DNA from: Geosiphon pyriformis uo1
Lineage: Eukaryota; Fungi; Glomeromycota
Length of the DNA stretch: 64,000 nt
NCBI GenBank assembly: GCA_016748015.1
Contig: JAAOMT010000441.1
Span: forward strand, 372,001-436,000
Direction of reading: 5' to 3'
Shown here: in pieces, positions 1 to 12,200 of the stretch
How positions within the stretch are numbered: position 1 is the stretch's first letter
Layout of the letters: each line of letters begins with the position of its first letter
The notes under the pieces: model-generated
Databases searched by the model: none
What the model was told of the DNA's origin: nothing
Seen by the model: the letters and a program-made list of their open reading frames with translations, nothing else
Made by a program: the position numbers and the translations under genes

Positions 1-196
1 ATATAGTTTAAAGGATATTGGCTTTAAGTAATTTTATTTCTATTGTAATAATATAATATAGTCTGAACTGGTTTGAGTTACTAATTACATGTAAAAAGCA
101 TGTAAACTATATTTAGTCTAGAATACTAAGTTTATTTTTAATTTCTAAATAGTAGTTGGGCCATATTTATTAAACCAAAATAAAAATAAATAAATA
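1..196 (+). mobile_element. Heavily eroded 3' end (3'UTR plus TAAA-type tail) of the LINE family
   Basis: 61-120 (gtctgaactggtttgag...acatgtaaaaagcatgt...tttagt) aligns by eye to the reverse complement of the LINE 3'UTR at ~48040-48100; followed by aaataaaaataaataaata. Confidence 0.6.
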
Positions 197-1320
197 TATA
201 ATATTATATTTTATAATTTAATTATATTATTTAAAGTAGTTGAGCCATACTCATAAAATGCATAATAATAATAAAATTATTTAAAGATTTTATTAATTTT
301 AAAATTTTTACAATTAAGTTTTTTGTATAAAAAACAGAAATTTATTATTAATTATTTTTAAATGTTTTATTTTTTAGTATAATAATTAGTTTATTTTGGT
401 GTTTTTTATTTTTTTAATAAGTTATTAAACTTGTTATATTTTAATTTTATATTTAAATTTATATTTTTTATTAAATTATTTATAATATTATAATTTTGAT
501 ATTTATTTTTTATTTAATTAATTTAATAATAATAACAAAATACAAACAAAAAATAAAGCAAAAAAATTATATTTTATTAATAATTCTAATTAAAAATTAT
601 TATTTTAGTATATTAAAATTCTTAAATATTTATTTTTAATATTAATTACTTGTAAAATAAGATAAATATTATAATAAATAAAATTTATGTAATTTTTTCT
701 GGTTTTAATTAATAAGTTTTATTAATTTATAAATTGAAAATAACAAAATAAGTTAGATTTAAATTAAGTTAATTGTTTTTAATAAATTAAAAATTAATAA
801 AATTAAATAAAATCAAAAATGGTTTTTTTATTTTTAATAATAATATTATATATATATAAATAATATAAAATATTTTGGTATTTTTGGCTATTTTTTTACT
901 TTTTTTTAGCTATTATTAATATTATTAGTATTTTTACTAGTATTTCTATAATTTTTAATACTTTTAATATTTTTAAAATTCTTATAATTATTTTTAAAAA
1001 TTTTGATATTAAATTATTTTATTAACTTTAATATATAATTGGCTAATATATTTTATATGTTTAATATTAATTATTTTTTCTATTTTTTATTAATAACAAT
1101 AGCAATTATTTTATGTAATAAATATTTAATAATTAAAAGATTATAAACAAAACAAAAACAAAAATTTAAAGTCTAATTTTTTAATAATATTATATGTTTA
1201 CTTTGTTTAATTTTATTATATATCTTATATATTAAAAATAAAATATTGTAAAATATTTTAAATTTTAAATATTTAAATTATTAATTTTTTTATTAATTAA
1301 TATAATTAAATATAAATATA
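197..1320. other. Extremely AT-rich desert, probably terminally decayed repeat DNA
   Basis: Almost no C/G and no ORFs in the track; flanked by eroded LINE ends. Confidence 0.6.
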
Positions 1321-1321
1321 A

Positions 1322-4074
1322 ATTTTTTTTTTATTAACTTTTAATGAGTAAGGCCCAAAAGCCACTTAGTACAATATATCAAACTAAGTGATCTAAACTA
1401 GGCACAAATCATGCATTTTCTACATGTGACCAACCACTTGGACCAATCAGAGCAACACTATGAATCTAACAGAACAGAAACCATACTATTTACATCAGAA
1501 AAAAAACAGCAATGTTTACAAAAACCAAAACAGACACCAAGTGCTTCAGCAATTCCAAGCAATTTAATCACCTCAACTAAAAACATACATGACAAACCAC
1601 AAGTTGCAGAATACACAGAACCATCAAGTAAAATTAAACCGCTTTTTTCTATCAAAGCCCTATATTTAGCACTAATCAACTAAATATCCATGCAGTAAGC
1701 AGTACCCAATTCTTGAATAAAATCAACAATAAATTTTCTTGCGACCTTGGCATTACCCAGAATGGACGTAGCTTTCTGAACCCAATCTTTGAACACAAAG
1801 TCTTTGCTTACGGTGGTATACAATACATTATCAGATATACACAAAAAAAGCACCTATAAGACACAAAATAAAGGTAAGTTCAATTCAGACACATAATGCT
1901 ACTTGGCCAGATAAGATGCAAAAATGCTTATATAGGCATTAAAGTTAAATGTACAAACAAAAAAGTGGTCAGAACTTTTCACTTCATTACAGTGCAGACA
2001 CAAAACACTCAAATAAACCTTACTATATAAATGTTTCCATACAGCAACCAGTAAACAGTAGTGGAGAGCCTTTAAAAAATACAAGCACAAACAAGCCATA
2101 GACTTACTAGTAAAACCAGAAGCCATATGAGAGTTAGGATGCCACACCAAAGCAGTATAAGACCAATCCATATCACCAAATAAACTGTCATTAATAACAT
2201 TAAATCCAGGACCAATCTTCTAATGAGCATGATTAACAGACCTAAAAATCTCATAAGCAAAATAATGAACATTCTTAGACACCACCATCCCACCAGCCTT
2301 GATAAATCTTTCCTTAACCAACACAAGAAGTACCAAATCAGAACCCGCAGCCAGATTGGCTAACTTATTAGCATATTCATTACCTATAACACCTGAATGC
2401 TCTTTAACCTTGCATTAAGAAACATCAAACTGCTTTCCCTTAATTAAATTAATAATGCTATGCTGTTCCATCCAGCAGTGGTTGTGGAAGTTCAGAGACA
2501 CTAGAGCTAATTCAGCTACACAAGCATTCAGGACAGCCTAACTGTCTGAAAAAACCACTACTGAACTGCCAGAAGGAACACACTTCAAAGCCAAAGCAAT
2601 TGCCTGTAATTCCACCATAGTTAAAGACACCAATCTACCAACCTTAGCACTAATACTCAGATTCAGATTAGGGAAGTAAGTAGCAGCACCACATTTCATT
2701 TCACATGAACCCAAATCTCTTAATGATCTATTTGTGTAAACACTAATAACTCTCATATTCACAGAAGAGAGACACTGACCCAAACTGGAGACTTTACTTG
2801 AGCTGCAAACATCTATAGTCTGCAAACCTTTAATGCACAAATTATCAGAAAGAGAGAAACAATTCAAAAAGTCACAAGTCACAGTAAACCAATGAGAGAC
2901 AGAGCCCCTTGGATCAAGTTTCTTCCAATGTTGAAAGCTTTTCCAATCGAAAACCAAACCTTTTTTGGTATATAACTGCTTGGCAAAGACAACTCCAAAC
3001 TTTTTAAGAGAAAAAGAAACATCATAAAACAAAGAAGCTCTCAGGACTGTAAACATCAGCATTCCACCAAAAAAATGGAACACAAAAACAAAAAAATTGT
3101 CAAGAGACATATTATAGTCCAAAAAAATTTTAATGACACCTGCCAAAAAATTATTGACTGGACTGATATACAACTTAACCAGACAACATAGAGGGTGAAT
3201 AGGCAACCAACTCAGAACTTAAAGATCCAAAAATCTATAATTGAACAAATAACTGAAAACACCACCAGCATTTGAAAAACACAGCACAGAAGCTATCTTG
3301 CACTCAGTCTACAACTGTTCAAATGATTTTAAGCCATATAGAGATGGATGGTAAAAAGCCTTATTGGAAAAGTCTCTCAAAAGTTCAGCCTTAAGTCTTA
3401 ATCTTCTCCTAATCAATATATTCCACCTTGTACACACATTCCTAAAAAGGAAGCTGAACTGAGTTCTATAACTGACAATAAGTTGCAATACAACTAATAC
3501 TAGATAAAGAAACTGCTTGTCTAAAATAGCCTTTTTCAGAACCAAATTGACAAAAAACCTGATATCTGCATGTGTTTTAGCCAAACTGGGTTTGAACAAA
3601 TCTTCAGATGATAAATAAATACCAAGGTACTGATGAAACTCTTTTTTGCAAACAACTGAAATTGGCAGACCACTAATTGACAATAATGCATCACTAACTC
3701 TTTGATTGATAAGAATGGCCACAGTTTTTTTATTATTAATAGAAATATTATTTACCTTGAAAAATTCACTCGCTATGTCCAAAATATATTGAGTGGCAGC
3801 CTGACTGCTATCCACCCAAATAGTATCATCAACAAATACACCAGCAGCCAGAAACAAAATCAAACTGCCTTGGTTTTCTATTTTATCTGTCTTAGCAACA
3901 AATTTAGTATCAATTTGGTATCCACACAAACTTTCCTGTCTCTTGACCTCACACAAAAAGGGATTGTAAAAGATTTTCCACAGTAAAAGAGAGAAAACCT
4001 CTCCCTGGTCAAGACCATTATGCACCCAGTATCTATTAGTTAGACCAAAATCAGTCATAATCTGATTAACATGG
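1322..4074 (-). mobile_element. LINE copy 1, 3' half (RT C-terminal part, RNase H, C-terminal Cys/His finger, 3'UTR, A-rich tail); pseudogenised
   Basis: ORF fragments GLDQGEVFS...AAGVFVDDTIW (RT), VYTNRSL...ELQAIALAL...FSDS (RNase H), CLHC...DHFFVC; colinear with 48102-50831. Confidence 0.93.
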
Positions 4075-4957
4075 TATTACAAGTGACAATTTCTGGTGTT
4101 GAATTAAATACAAACCTGTAACTTGGTGCTCAAAGCTATTCTTGTTGTTGATGATCTGAAGGTTTGATATCTGAAAGTTTTGTATCTGAAGGGTTTGGTT
4201 GAGTTTTTTGTATAATGAACAGAGATTCAATGGTGATGGTTTTATCTGTAGCTTCCCGAAACCACAGTTTTGTCAATTTTTTTCTCAGCTTGATGGCCGG
4301 TATTCCTCCTGGTAAGCTATCCTCAATCGAATGTTCTACCCTTATTTCTGGGTCTTTTACCAGTCACGTTTATCCTGATGTCAGTATCCTGTGCATTAAT
4401 CCTCAATAGAATTAGTAAACAACAATAAAATCAAAGCAAGAAAATAAAAAAATAAAAAAATAAAAAAAAAAAAAGAAATAAGCCAAGGTGATTTGTAAGT
4501 TAGTATTCCGTCAATAGCCATGATCAAGAGCTATTGTTCCAGTGTGGTTAAGTATCAATTACTATCAACATAAAGTATTAATAGTGGAAATGGGTTTGAG
4601 ATAACAAATAGTTATTTATTAGATGTTTGTAATTTGGAGAGTTGCTTAGATTAAATCTAAACTAAGAGGTCTGTCTTTTCAGCTTCTAATCCTGCTGCTA
4701 TATATACATAATTGAGATTCTTCAATTCCTCGATTCTTCATGACAGAAATCCTGGAATTCCTGGAATCCTGCAATTTCTTTAAGAGGAATTCTGGAATTC
4801 TGGAATTCTGGAATCCTGCGATTCCTCATCAGGGAATTCTGAAATTCCTGGAATCCTGCAATTCTTAAAAGGAATCCTGGAATTCCACATTTACTACGCC
4901 TACTTCTGATTGGCTAATAATCATGCTAATATATTTCTTATATTTCTATGAGTAACA
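4075..4957 (-). repeat. 3' LTR of element A
   Basis: Direct repeat of 23023-23866; begins tattac (tgttac with G>A), ends gtaaca. Confidence 0.95.
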
Positions 4958-4972
4958 TTATTCTCTCTTTTT
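4958..4972 (-). promoter_or_regulatory. Polypurine tract of element A
   Basis: Minus strand AAAAAGAGAGAATAA immediately before the 3' LTR. Confidence 0.8.
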
Positions 4973-5534
4973 AATATTGAGCTCCATTGAAATTCAACTT
5001 GTTTAATTTCCCCTCTTGAAGTATTTTCTGGATTTTGTTTTCGAGAATTACTTGTATTATTTGGGTCTGTAATTCTTCAAATTGAGCATTGGTAATCTTT
5101 CCCAATTGATTACTGGTAACCATATCTATTGCTTTGTTGAGTAATATTTCTGGTCTATCCTGAAATGCTGTGTGTATTCGGTATATAACTTGGGCCTGTA
5201 TAGATAAGTTGTTTTTTCTCACAAAATGTTCTAATTGTTGTAGTATTCTTTTGTCGAATAATCACTTTGTTTTATCTGTATATAGATTCTGGATATTTAT
5301 GTGTTGTTCTAAGTAAAAATAACAATAGTTTCATGGAAATTGTTGTATCCACCAATTCCAAGTTTCTTTAGTCAACTCTTGATATAGTAACTCTTTTGTC
5401 AACTCTCTTATTACTAACTTTACTTTCACAATGATTTTGTCCACAGTATTTTCAGTTTTCTTTTGTGTTCTGGGTTACAATATCTTTCTAGTATCTTGAT
5501 ATCAAATGGTTTGTTAATTGATTGTAATCTCCAT
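4971..5534 (-). pseudogene. ORF3 of element A (env position, unknown function), several in-frame stops
   Basis: ATG at 5534 is in frame with track ORF 4971-5222; motifs CYFYL and YRIHTAF...LGKIT...F match ORF3 of element B. Confidence 0.65.
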
Positions 5535-5579
5535 TTCCTGGTGTTGGATCAATTGAAAGAGTTGTTGTGCTATGGTTTT

Positions 5580-6050
5580 AGTCAATCTCCATATGCTGCT
5601 TTGGTTAAGATTTTGTTGTCCAGTCTTAATTTGTAAGCTCCATTTCCTAGAATTTCTTCTATGTGAAATGGTCCATTTCATTTGGGGTCAAATTTTCCAC
5701 TCCATTGTTTTTCCGCTTTGATATGATATAAAAGTATTTTGTCTCCAATTTTGAATTCAACTGGTTTGTCTGGTAGTTGATTATCATGTCTTTCTTTCTG
5801 TTTTTCTTGTGATTTTTGTATGTTATCAGCTGCTCTTCTTTATTTGTTTTCCAATGTTTCCATTAAGTCATATGTTCTTCTTAACAATGTTTCTTGGAAA
5901 TTCTCTTCTGTTATTGGTTCAGTTGGATATGTATTGACCTCTATTTTTACTGGTAATATTGCTGTTCTACCATATACTAATTCAAATAGTGTTGCTTGTG
6001 TAGTGTTTTGTTTCATTGTTTGATAAGCAAATAGTACTAATAGTATCAAC
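5580..6050 (-). pseudogene. Integrase of element A, C-terminal part (GPF module)
   Basis: LFAYQT...LFELVYGR...FKIGDKILL...GPFHIEEILGNG; continues from 15945 once element B is removed. Confidence 0.85.
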
Positions 6051-6054
6051 ATGT

Positions 6055-7033
6055 TGTTACCAGAGGTTTTTGGTCTTTTTTCTTGAATGTTGTTGATGTT
6101 GATTTGCTGTGAATTCACGTTTTCAGGAAGTAGTTGAATCTCCAGTAACTGAATTTATCTTCAAATTATCTCCTATAATTTGAATTGCTGGGCTTATTAG
6201 TGAAATGGCCAATTCTGTGTCAGTTGCTTTGTGTAGTTACGTTGTAGTAAACGTCAACTCTTTTTCAGGAATTGCTTGTCTGAAAGCTCACTAAAAATGT
6301 GTAGTTACTTTACTGTAAAAGTCAACTCTTCTACAGAAATCTCATCTGTAGGCTACTCCAATGATTATACTAAGAAAAAAAAAAAAAAAATGAAAGAAAT
6401 GCAAAAGAACTAGAATTTTGTCAAGAGAAACGTTTTCTATTCAGGCCTGGAGTCACTAACAGTTTACTGAAATTGGTAGTTAATCAATTTCAAAATGTTA
6501 GTTGAATTTTGGAGATTTTCCAAGTACAATAATTAAAAAATTTGGTTTTTCGAATTATTTGATATTTTTTTTTTGTGTGTATAGGAATGGTTCTAAGTGA
6601 TAAATCTAAAGTAAGATACATTTTCTTGAAGAGAGAAGCTCTTCTTTTATACAACTTGTCATAACACTATTCTATGAACTTGAACTTTGCTATTTTCTAT
6701 AATTTTGTTGAACTAAAGATATATTTCAGCAAACTACAAGTTATTTCTGCGAACTATTAAATATTTCGGCGAACTATCAATTATTTTGGCAAATTTCTTA
6801 CAAATTTCGGCGAACTTTTTGAATGTTACATAGTTTGGGATATTGCATGATTGATCATCATAATTAGATCACATTTGTGTTATGTACAAATTGGGTTATT
6901 AATTAAATGATAATTTTGGATATTTTGCTAATGTAATAAGTGATAATTTGAAACAATAATATACGCTAATTAATGATAAGATTTATAAGGATAATTTTAT
7001 GTTAAACAATATCTCTAATTTCATCTGGTAATA
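6055..7033 (-). repeat. 3' LTR of element B
   Basis: Direct repeat of 14963-15940; tgttac...gtaata (gtaaca with C>T). Confidence 0.95.
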
Positions 7034-7721
7034 TAACCTCCTTCTTAAGACTGAGCTCCGTCAAAGTCCAAGTACTGTCTGTAATTTCCAGATAATAATC
7101 CAAAATTATTGAAGAAATTTGGTCTGAAAATTGTTGAAATTTCAGTTCTGTGAGCTTTCCAATGTATTGAATCTTCAAAGGCTGTAAAATTGGGTTTTGT
7201 AGGACGTTTTCACAGGTGTGAAATAGGTCATAAAGTCTAAGAACAGCTCTTAGTTTATAATGACTGTTTGTAGGTCCAGCTGTCGTCTTGAATTCATTGT
7301 AGAGTTGTTTCCGAATAGTTTTTTTTGTGAGGTTTGCTGTTATAAGCTCTAGTTTTCACTCATGAAGCATTTTTCCAATATAGAAATATCTATATATTGG
7401 AGGATATTTGCCATTTTCTTCATTAAGACACAGTTGAAGTTTTTGTTGAATAGTAGCATTTGGTGGAATACTAATAGGGGTGAGCAATAAGTTTTCTCTT
7501 AAAGCAAGCTTCAAAAGTTCTGGTAAATGAATTCCAGAATAACTTCTTGTTTTCTTTCTATAAGGGTGATACTTTCGTGAATTTGGGGCTAGATTTGTAA
7601 CTATTTCTGTTAGGGTATAATTAATATGTTTTCCAGTGATAGTAATGGATAATTCAGGTATTGTTTTTAAAGCTAACATTAATTTTTGAGATAACTGTTG
7701 AATATTTTGAGGGATAGTCAT
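7002..7721 (-). pseudogene. ORF3 of element B (~239 aa, one internal TGA), running through the PPT into the 3' LTR
   Basis: Track ORF 7356-7721 continues in frame past the TGA (KLELITANL...RAVLRLYDLF...IGKLTELKF...) to TAA at 7002. Confidence 0.7.
7034..7046 (-). promoter_or_regulatory. Polypurine tract of element B
   Basis: Minus strand AAGAAGGAGGTTA abutting the 3' LTR; near-identical tract at ~29741-29753. Confidence 0.85.
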
Positions 7722-7867
7722 TATAATGAAATTAGAAAAAAAATAAAATTGAAATTATTTTTGGTATGTGGGTTTTTATGTTATTTTTGTTTTTTTAGCA
7801 TGTTTTGTTTTGTTTTTGTTGTGATATGTTTCTAAATTATAAGGGAATAACTATAATAAAATTGAAA

Positions 7868-9253
7868 TTAAGTGTTCAAGTTGGGGGGTTGTTCAATGAC
7901 AACTATTGGTTCTAAGTTTCGGGGAATGTCTTTGGGATTGATTAAAGGAGAATGTGTACCAATTTGTGGAATTAATGATTCAGAATTGTTTCTGGAATTA
8001 TAGTGTTTCAAACAATCTCCATGTGCAACTTTTGCTAGGATTTTGTCATCAAGTCTTAGCTTGTATGATCCATTGCCTAAAACTTCCTGGATAAAGAATG
8101 ATCTATCCCATTTATTCTCAAATTTTCCACTCCATTGTTTTTCAGCTTTAGTTCTGTGTAAGAAAACTTTGTTTCCAATTTTAAATTCATTGGTGGCTGG
8201 AGGCAATTTGTTATCATGCCATTTTTTTTGTTGAGCTTGGGAGTGTTCAATATGGGTGGCTGCTATTCGTTGTTTTCCTTCTAATGTGCTAAGCAGAGTA
8301 TAGGCTCTTTGCTAAAGCGTTTCCTGAAAATTGTTTTCATCAATTGGTTGTGCTGGGTATGTTTCCACTGTAAAACTGATTGGTAACATTGCTGTCCTTC
8401 CATAAGTTAAATCAAATGGTGTGTGTTTTGTGGTATTTTGTTTTAGTGTCCTATATGCTAGTAACATTGATGGGATAAAGATATTCCATTCTTGCTTAAA
8501 ATCAGTTGAGACTTTGGCTAGTGATTCACACAGTGTCCTATTAAAACGTTCTACAAGCCCATTTGTTTGTGGATGGTAGAATGAAGATAATGGTCTCTTG
8601 ACATTAAATTGTTCACAAATTTTCTGGATTAAATTGTTTACAAAATGTGTTCCTTGATCAGATAAAAGTTCTATTGGACATCCATGTCTACAAATAATGT
8701 CTTTGTAGATGAAGTTTGCTACTGATTTTGCATCTGTTCATTGAATAGCTCTGGCTTTGGGCCATTTGGTGAAATAGTCTACAGCTACTGCAATATAATG
8801 GTTTCCTTGGTTTGTGATAGGTAGTGGTCCAACTAAATCGATACCAACTCTGTCAAAAGGCTGTCCAACTTTGATTGGGTTTAAAGGTTCTGTAGGGTGA
8901 GTTCCTTCTCTTCTTTGACAACTATCACAAGATTTAATGTATTCATGAATATCTTTTTTTATTCGAGGCCAAAAGTAATATTCTAATGTTCTCTGGATGG
9001 TGCTGTTTTTTTCTAGGTATGCTGATGAAGGATCTAAGTGCATGTTATATAGAATAGTTTCTTTTTTATGTTCTTGTATTAATCTGAGTAAATTGTCTGG
9101 GTTTCTGAAGTTTTGATAATAAATCATGTTGTTGTGTAGGAAGTATTGTTTGGCTTGTTGTTGTAACTGATGTTTTTCATCTGAGAACCAATCTGTTGAG
9201 ATTGTTAATGTCTTCAAATATTGTTTAAGATTGTTGTAGTTTTTGGGGTTCAT
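7868..9253 (-). pseudogene. Integrase ORF of element B (HHCC, rve core, GPF-type tail)
   Basis: MH..P...YFWP..CDSCQ, RVGIDLVGPLP, SDQGTHF, HPQTNGLVERFN, FKIGNKV. Confidence 0.92.
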
Positions 9254-9299
9254 TGTTTGTTGTTTTGTTGTTAATTCAAATAGGTGTTGTTTTTATGTT

Positions 9300-12200
9300 C
9301 TAATCTTGTCTCATTCTTGAGAGACAATCAACATTGGTGTGGAGTTTTCCTGGTTTGTGATGTACAATGTATCAGTAGTTGGCTAAAAATCCTGTCCATC
9401 GGGTTTGTTTTGCGTTTAGCTGAGTGTTTTTGTTCTGAAGCCATTTGAGTCCAATATTATCAGTAATAATATCGAATTCTTTAGGTCTGAGATAAAGGTT
9501 GAAGTGGTGTAGAGCCCAGATTACTACTGCAGTTTCTAATTCTGTTACAGGGTAGTTTTTTTCAGCTGGCTTCAATGTTCTGCTAGCATAAGCAATTACT
9601 CACTCATTTTCATTGTCATCTAACTGTGATAGGATGGCACCAAAGACAGTATAAGAGACATCTGTTGCTAACCGGAATCAATTGCTGAAATTTGGGTAGG
9701 TGAAAATTGGAGCTGTGATTAGTTTTTCTTTGAGGATTTCAAATGCATTTTGGTGTTTAGCAGTCTATTTGTATTTGACATTTTTGGTGGTAAGCTGGTT
9801 GAAAGGTTTCACAATTTCTGAAAATCCTTTGATAAACTTCCGATAGTAGGAGGCTAATCCTATGAATCCTCTTAATTCTGTAGTGTTTTAAGGAGTTTTG
9901 AAGTTTTTGACAGTGCTGATTTTTCCAGAGTCCGGTTTGATTCCATCTTTACTAATGATATGACTAAGGAAGGCCAAGCTTGTTTTTTCAAAGTAGCATT
10001 TTTCGATGTTGAGTTTTAGTCCTGCTTTTTGTAATCATTGAAAAACTTCTCGCAGGTGTTTTAAGTGTAATTCAAATGATGGAGAATAAACATCAGTATT
10101 GTCAAGATAAACGACTACTGACTTCCAAAGGAGTCTTTGGTACACAACATCCATTAATCTCTGAAACATTGCTGGTGTATTGCATAATCCAAAAGGCATT
10201 ACATTGAACTTGTAATTTCTGTTTTGGGTGGTAAATACTGTTTTGGGGCGATCTTTGGGATCCATAGCAACTTGCCAGTAACTGCTTTCTAAATCTAGTG
10301 TTGAAAAGTATTTGGATTTTCCAAGAGCATCTAACATGTTATCAATTTGGGAAAGGGGGTAAGCATCTCCAATTGTAACACTATTGAGTTGTCGATAGTC
10401 AACACAAAATTGTATTTTTTCATTTTTCTTTTTAACTAGTACTATAGGTAAAGCCCAAGGACTCATGAAGGGTTGAATAAGCCCATTGTTAAGCATTCAT
10501 TGTACTTCTTCTCGGATGAATTGGTGGCTTTCTAGAGCAGCTTGATAGGCTTGTTGTCATCTTGGTTTGACATCTCCTGTGTAGATTTGATGTTAAACCA
10601 AATCGGTTCTTCCTAAGTCATTGTTGTTTTTGGCAAAGATATCAGCAAATTCTACAATTAGCTCTTTAAGCTGGTTTTGTTGTTGTGGTTCAAGTTGTCC
10701 CATGTTGATTTGAGATAGTTTTTCTATGACAACATGATAGTTTTCAGAGCTGAGATTTGGGTTGATTTTTGGTAGTAAATGTTCAATAATTTCAGAAAAA
10801 TTGGGGACTGTTTAGGGTAATTCTTGTTGAAATATATTACGGTGAATAACTCCAATTTCTAAATTATTTAATAGAACTATGGGGTAATTGTTGGGATTGT
10901 AAAAAGTAACTCGGACTTTCTTTGTTCTTTCTGGAATATAAATGTTTGGGATCAAAATATTATGTTCCAAGCAGACTTGTTCATTGGACTCAAAAATTTG
11001 TTGTGTGGTTGTTGGTTTTGGACAAGTGTAGATTTCCAGATGTTCTCCAAAGGGTGAGATGGTAATTGGTTGTGGAAGTCTGAGAATCTGGTGGGATTCG
11101 TTCTGTGTGTTAAGAGCTATATTAACTGGAACTGTGAATCATCTAGTTGAACCAAAACCTTGGGTTTTTCTATTGCTTTTTCCTAATTGTTCTCTTTGAT
11201 TGACTAGTTGCAAACCCGAAATGTTGATTAGGAGTAGGTAAATAGCTTGGGCAATTTTTTCAGCATGTTTGATCTTGAATGGTTTGTCAGTTTCATTTTG
11301 GAGCATCACTGTAATGTTTCCAGTATATCCAGCATCAATTATTCTTTCTCTGACATTGATTTCTTTGCTTGCCAGAAAGAACCAGAAGGCAATTTGAATT
11401 ATTGCTTCTGGTGGAATTTCGAGTGCAATTTTTAGATTGATTTTTGTGAGAGATTTGGGTTTGAGAACAAAAATATCCTTGTCTAGATATCTTAAGTCAT
11501 ATCCAACATCAATTTCATGTGCTTTTTTGGGTTTTATTCCTTGTCCATTATTGTTGAAGTATTTGAGTTGTAAGGCAGGCTGACTTTTGATAAGATAGAT
11601 GGATGTTGTTTCAATTTCTTCTGTTGCTTCAAGTTCTCCAAATTCAATTTTGTTTTTATCATTTTTACTGGACAGAAGAATGCTAAGAGCATAGCATTCA
11701 GGGCACCATTGCTCATTACAGGGCATTATGTATTCTTCACACAATTTGACGTTCATTTGCTCTAGCCATTGAGCTTGAGCTTCTTTAGTCGAGTAAGTGT
11801 AACTGGCAATTTGGTGATATACTTCTACTTCATCTTCATAGTTGTATCTAGCAATTTCAAAGGTGTATGCAATGTATTCTGATTCTTTCATTTGATGAAC
11901 ATTTTCTTGAGTGGCTCTGTTGATTAAAGTCATTGCTAAGTTGAAAATCATTTTGGCATCATGAGAGTAATGGTACAGTTTGTTGAGAGCACTGTTGTAT
12001 GCTGCATCAAAGGGTGTTCCTCTTTTGACTTTTTCTGAAATTGATAAAGCATATTGGCAGGTTTGATCACAGACTCCTCCTCTCATTGTTACATCAATCC
12101 AATTGCATTCTTCTGGTAGCATATCTCCACAAGTCAAACAAAGGGTGTTGTCCCATTTTTCACTTCTTTTTATTAGATGGCCCTATCATTCTCTGTGGCA

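Noticed and set aside
5840-6118. 92-aa ORF sharing its N-terminus with 14826-15026
   Set aside because: Chimeric read-out from LTR B into the flanking integrase or PBS region, not a gene
7002-7721. ORF3 as an envelope gene
   Set aside because: No signal peptide, transmembrane helix or fusion-protein features, and too short
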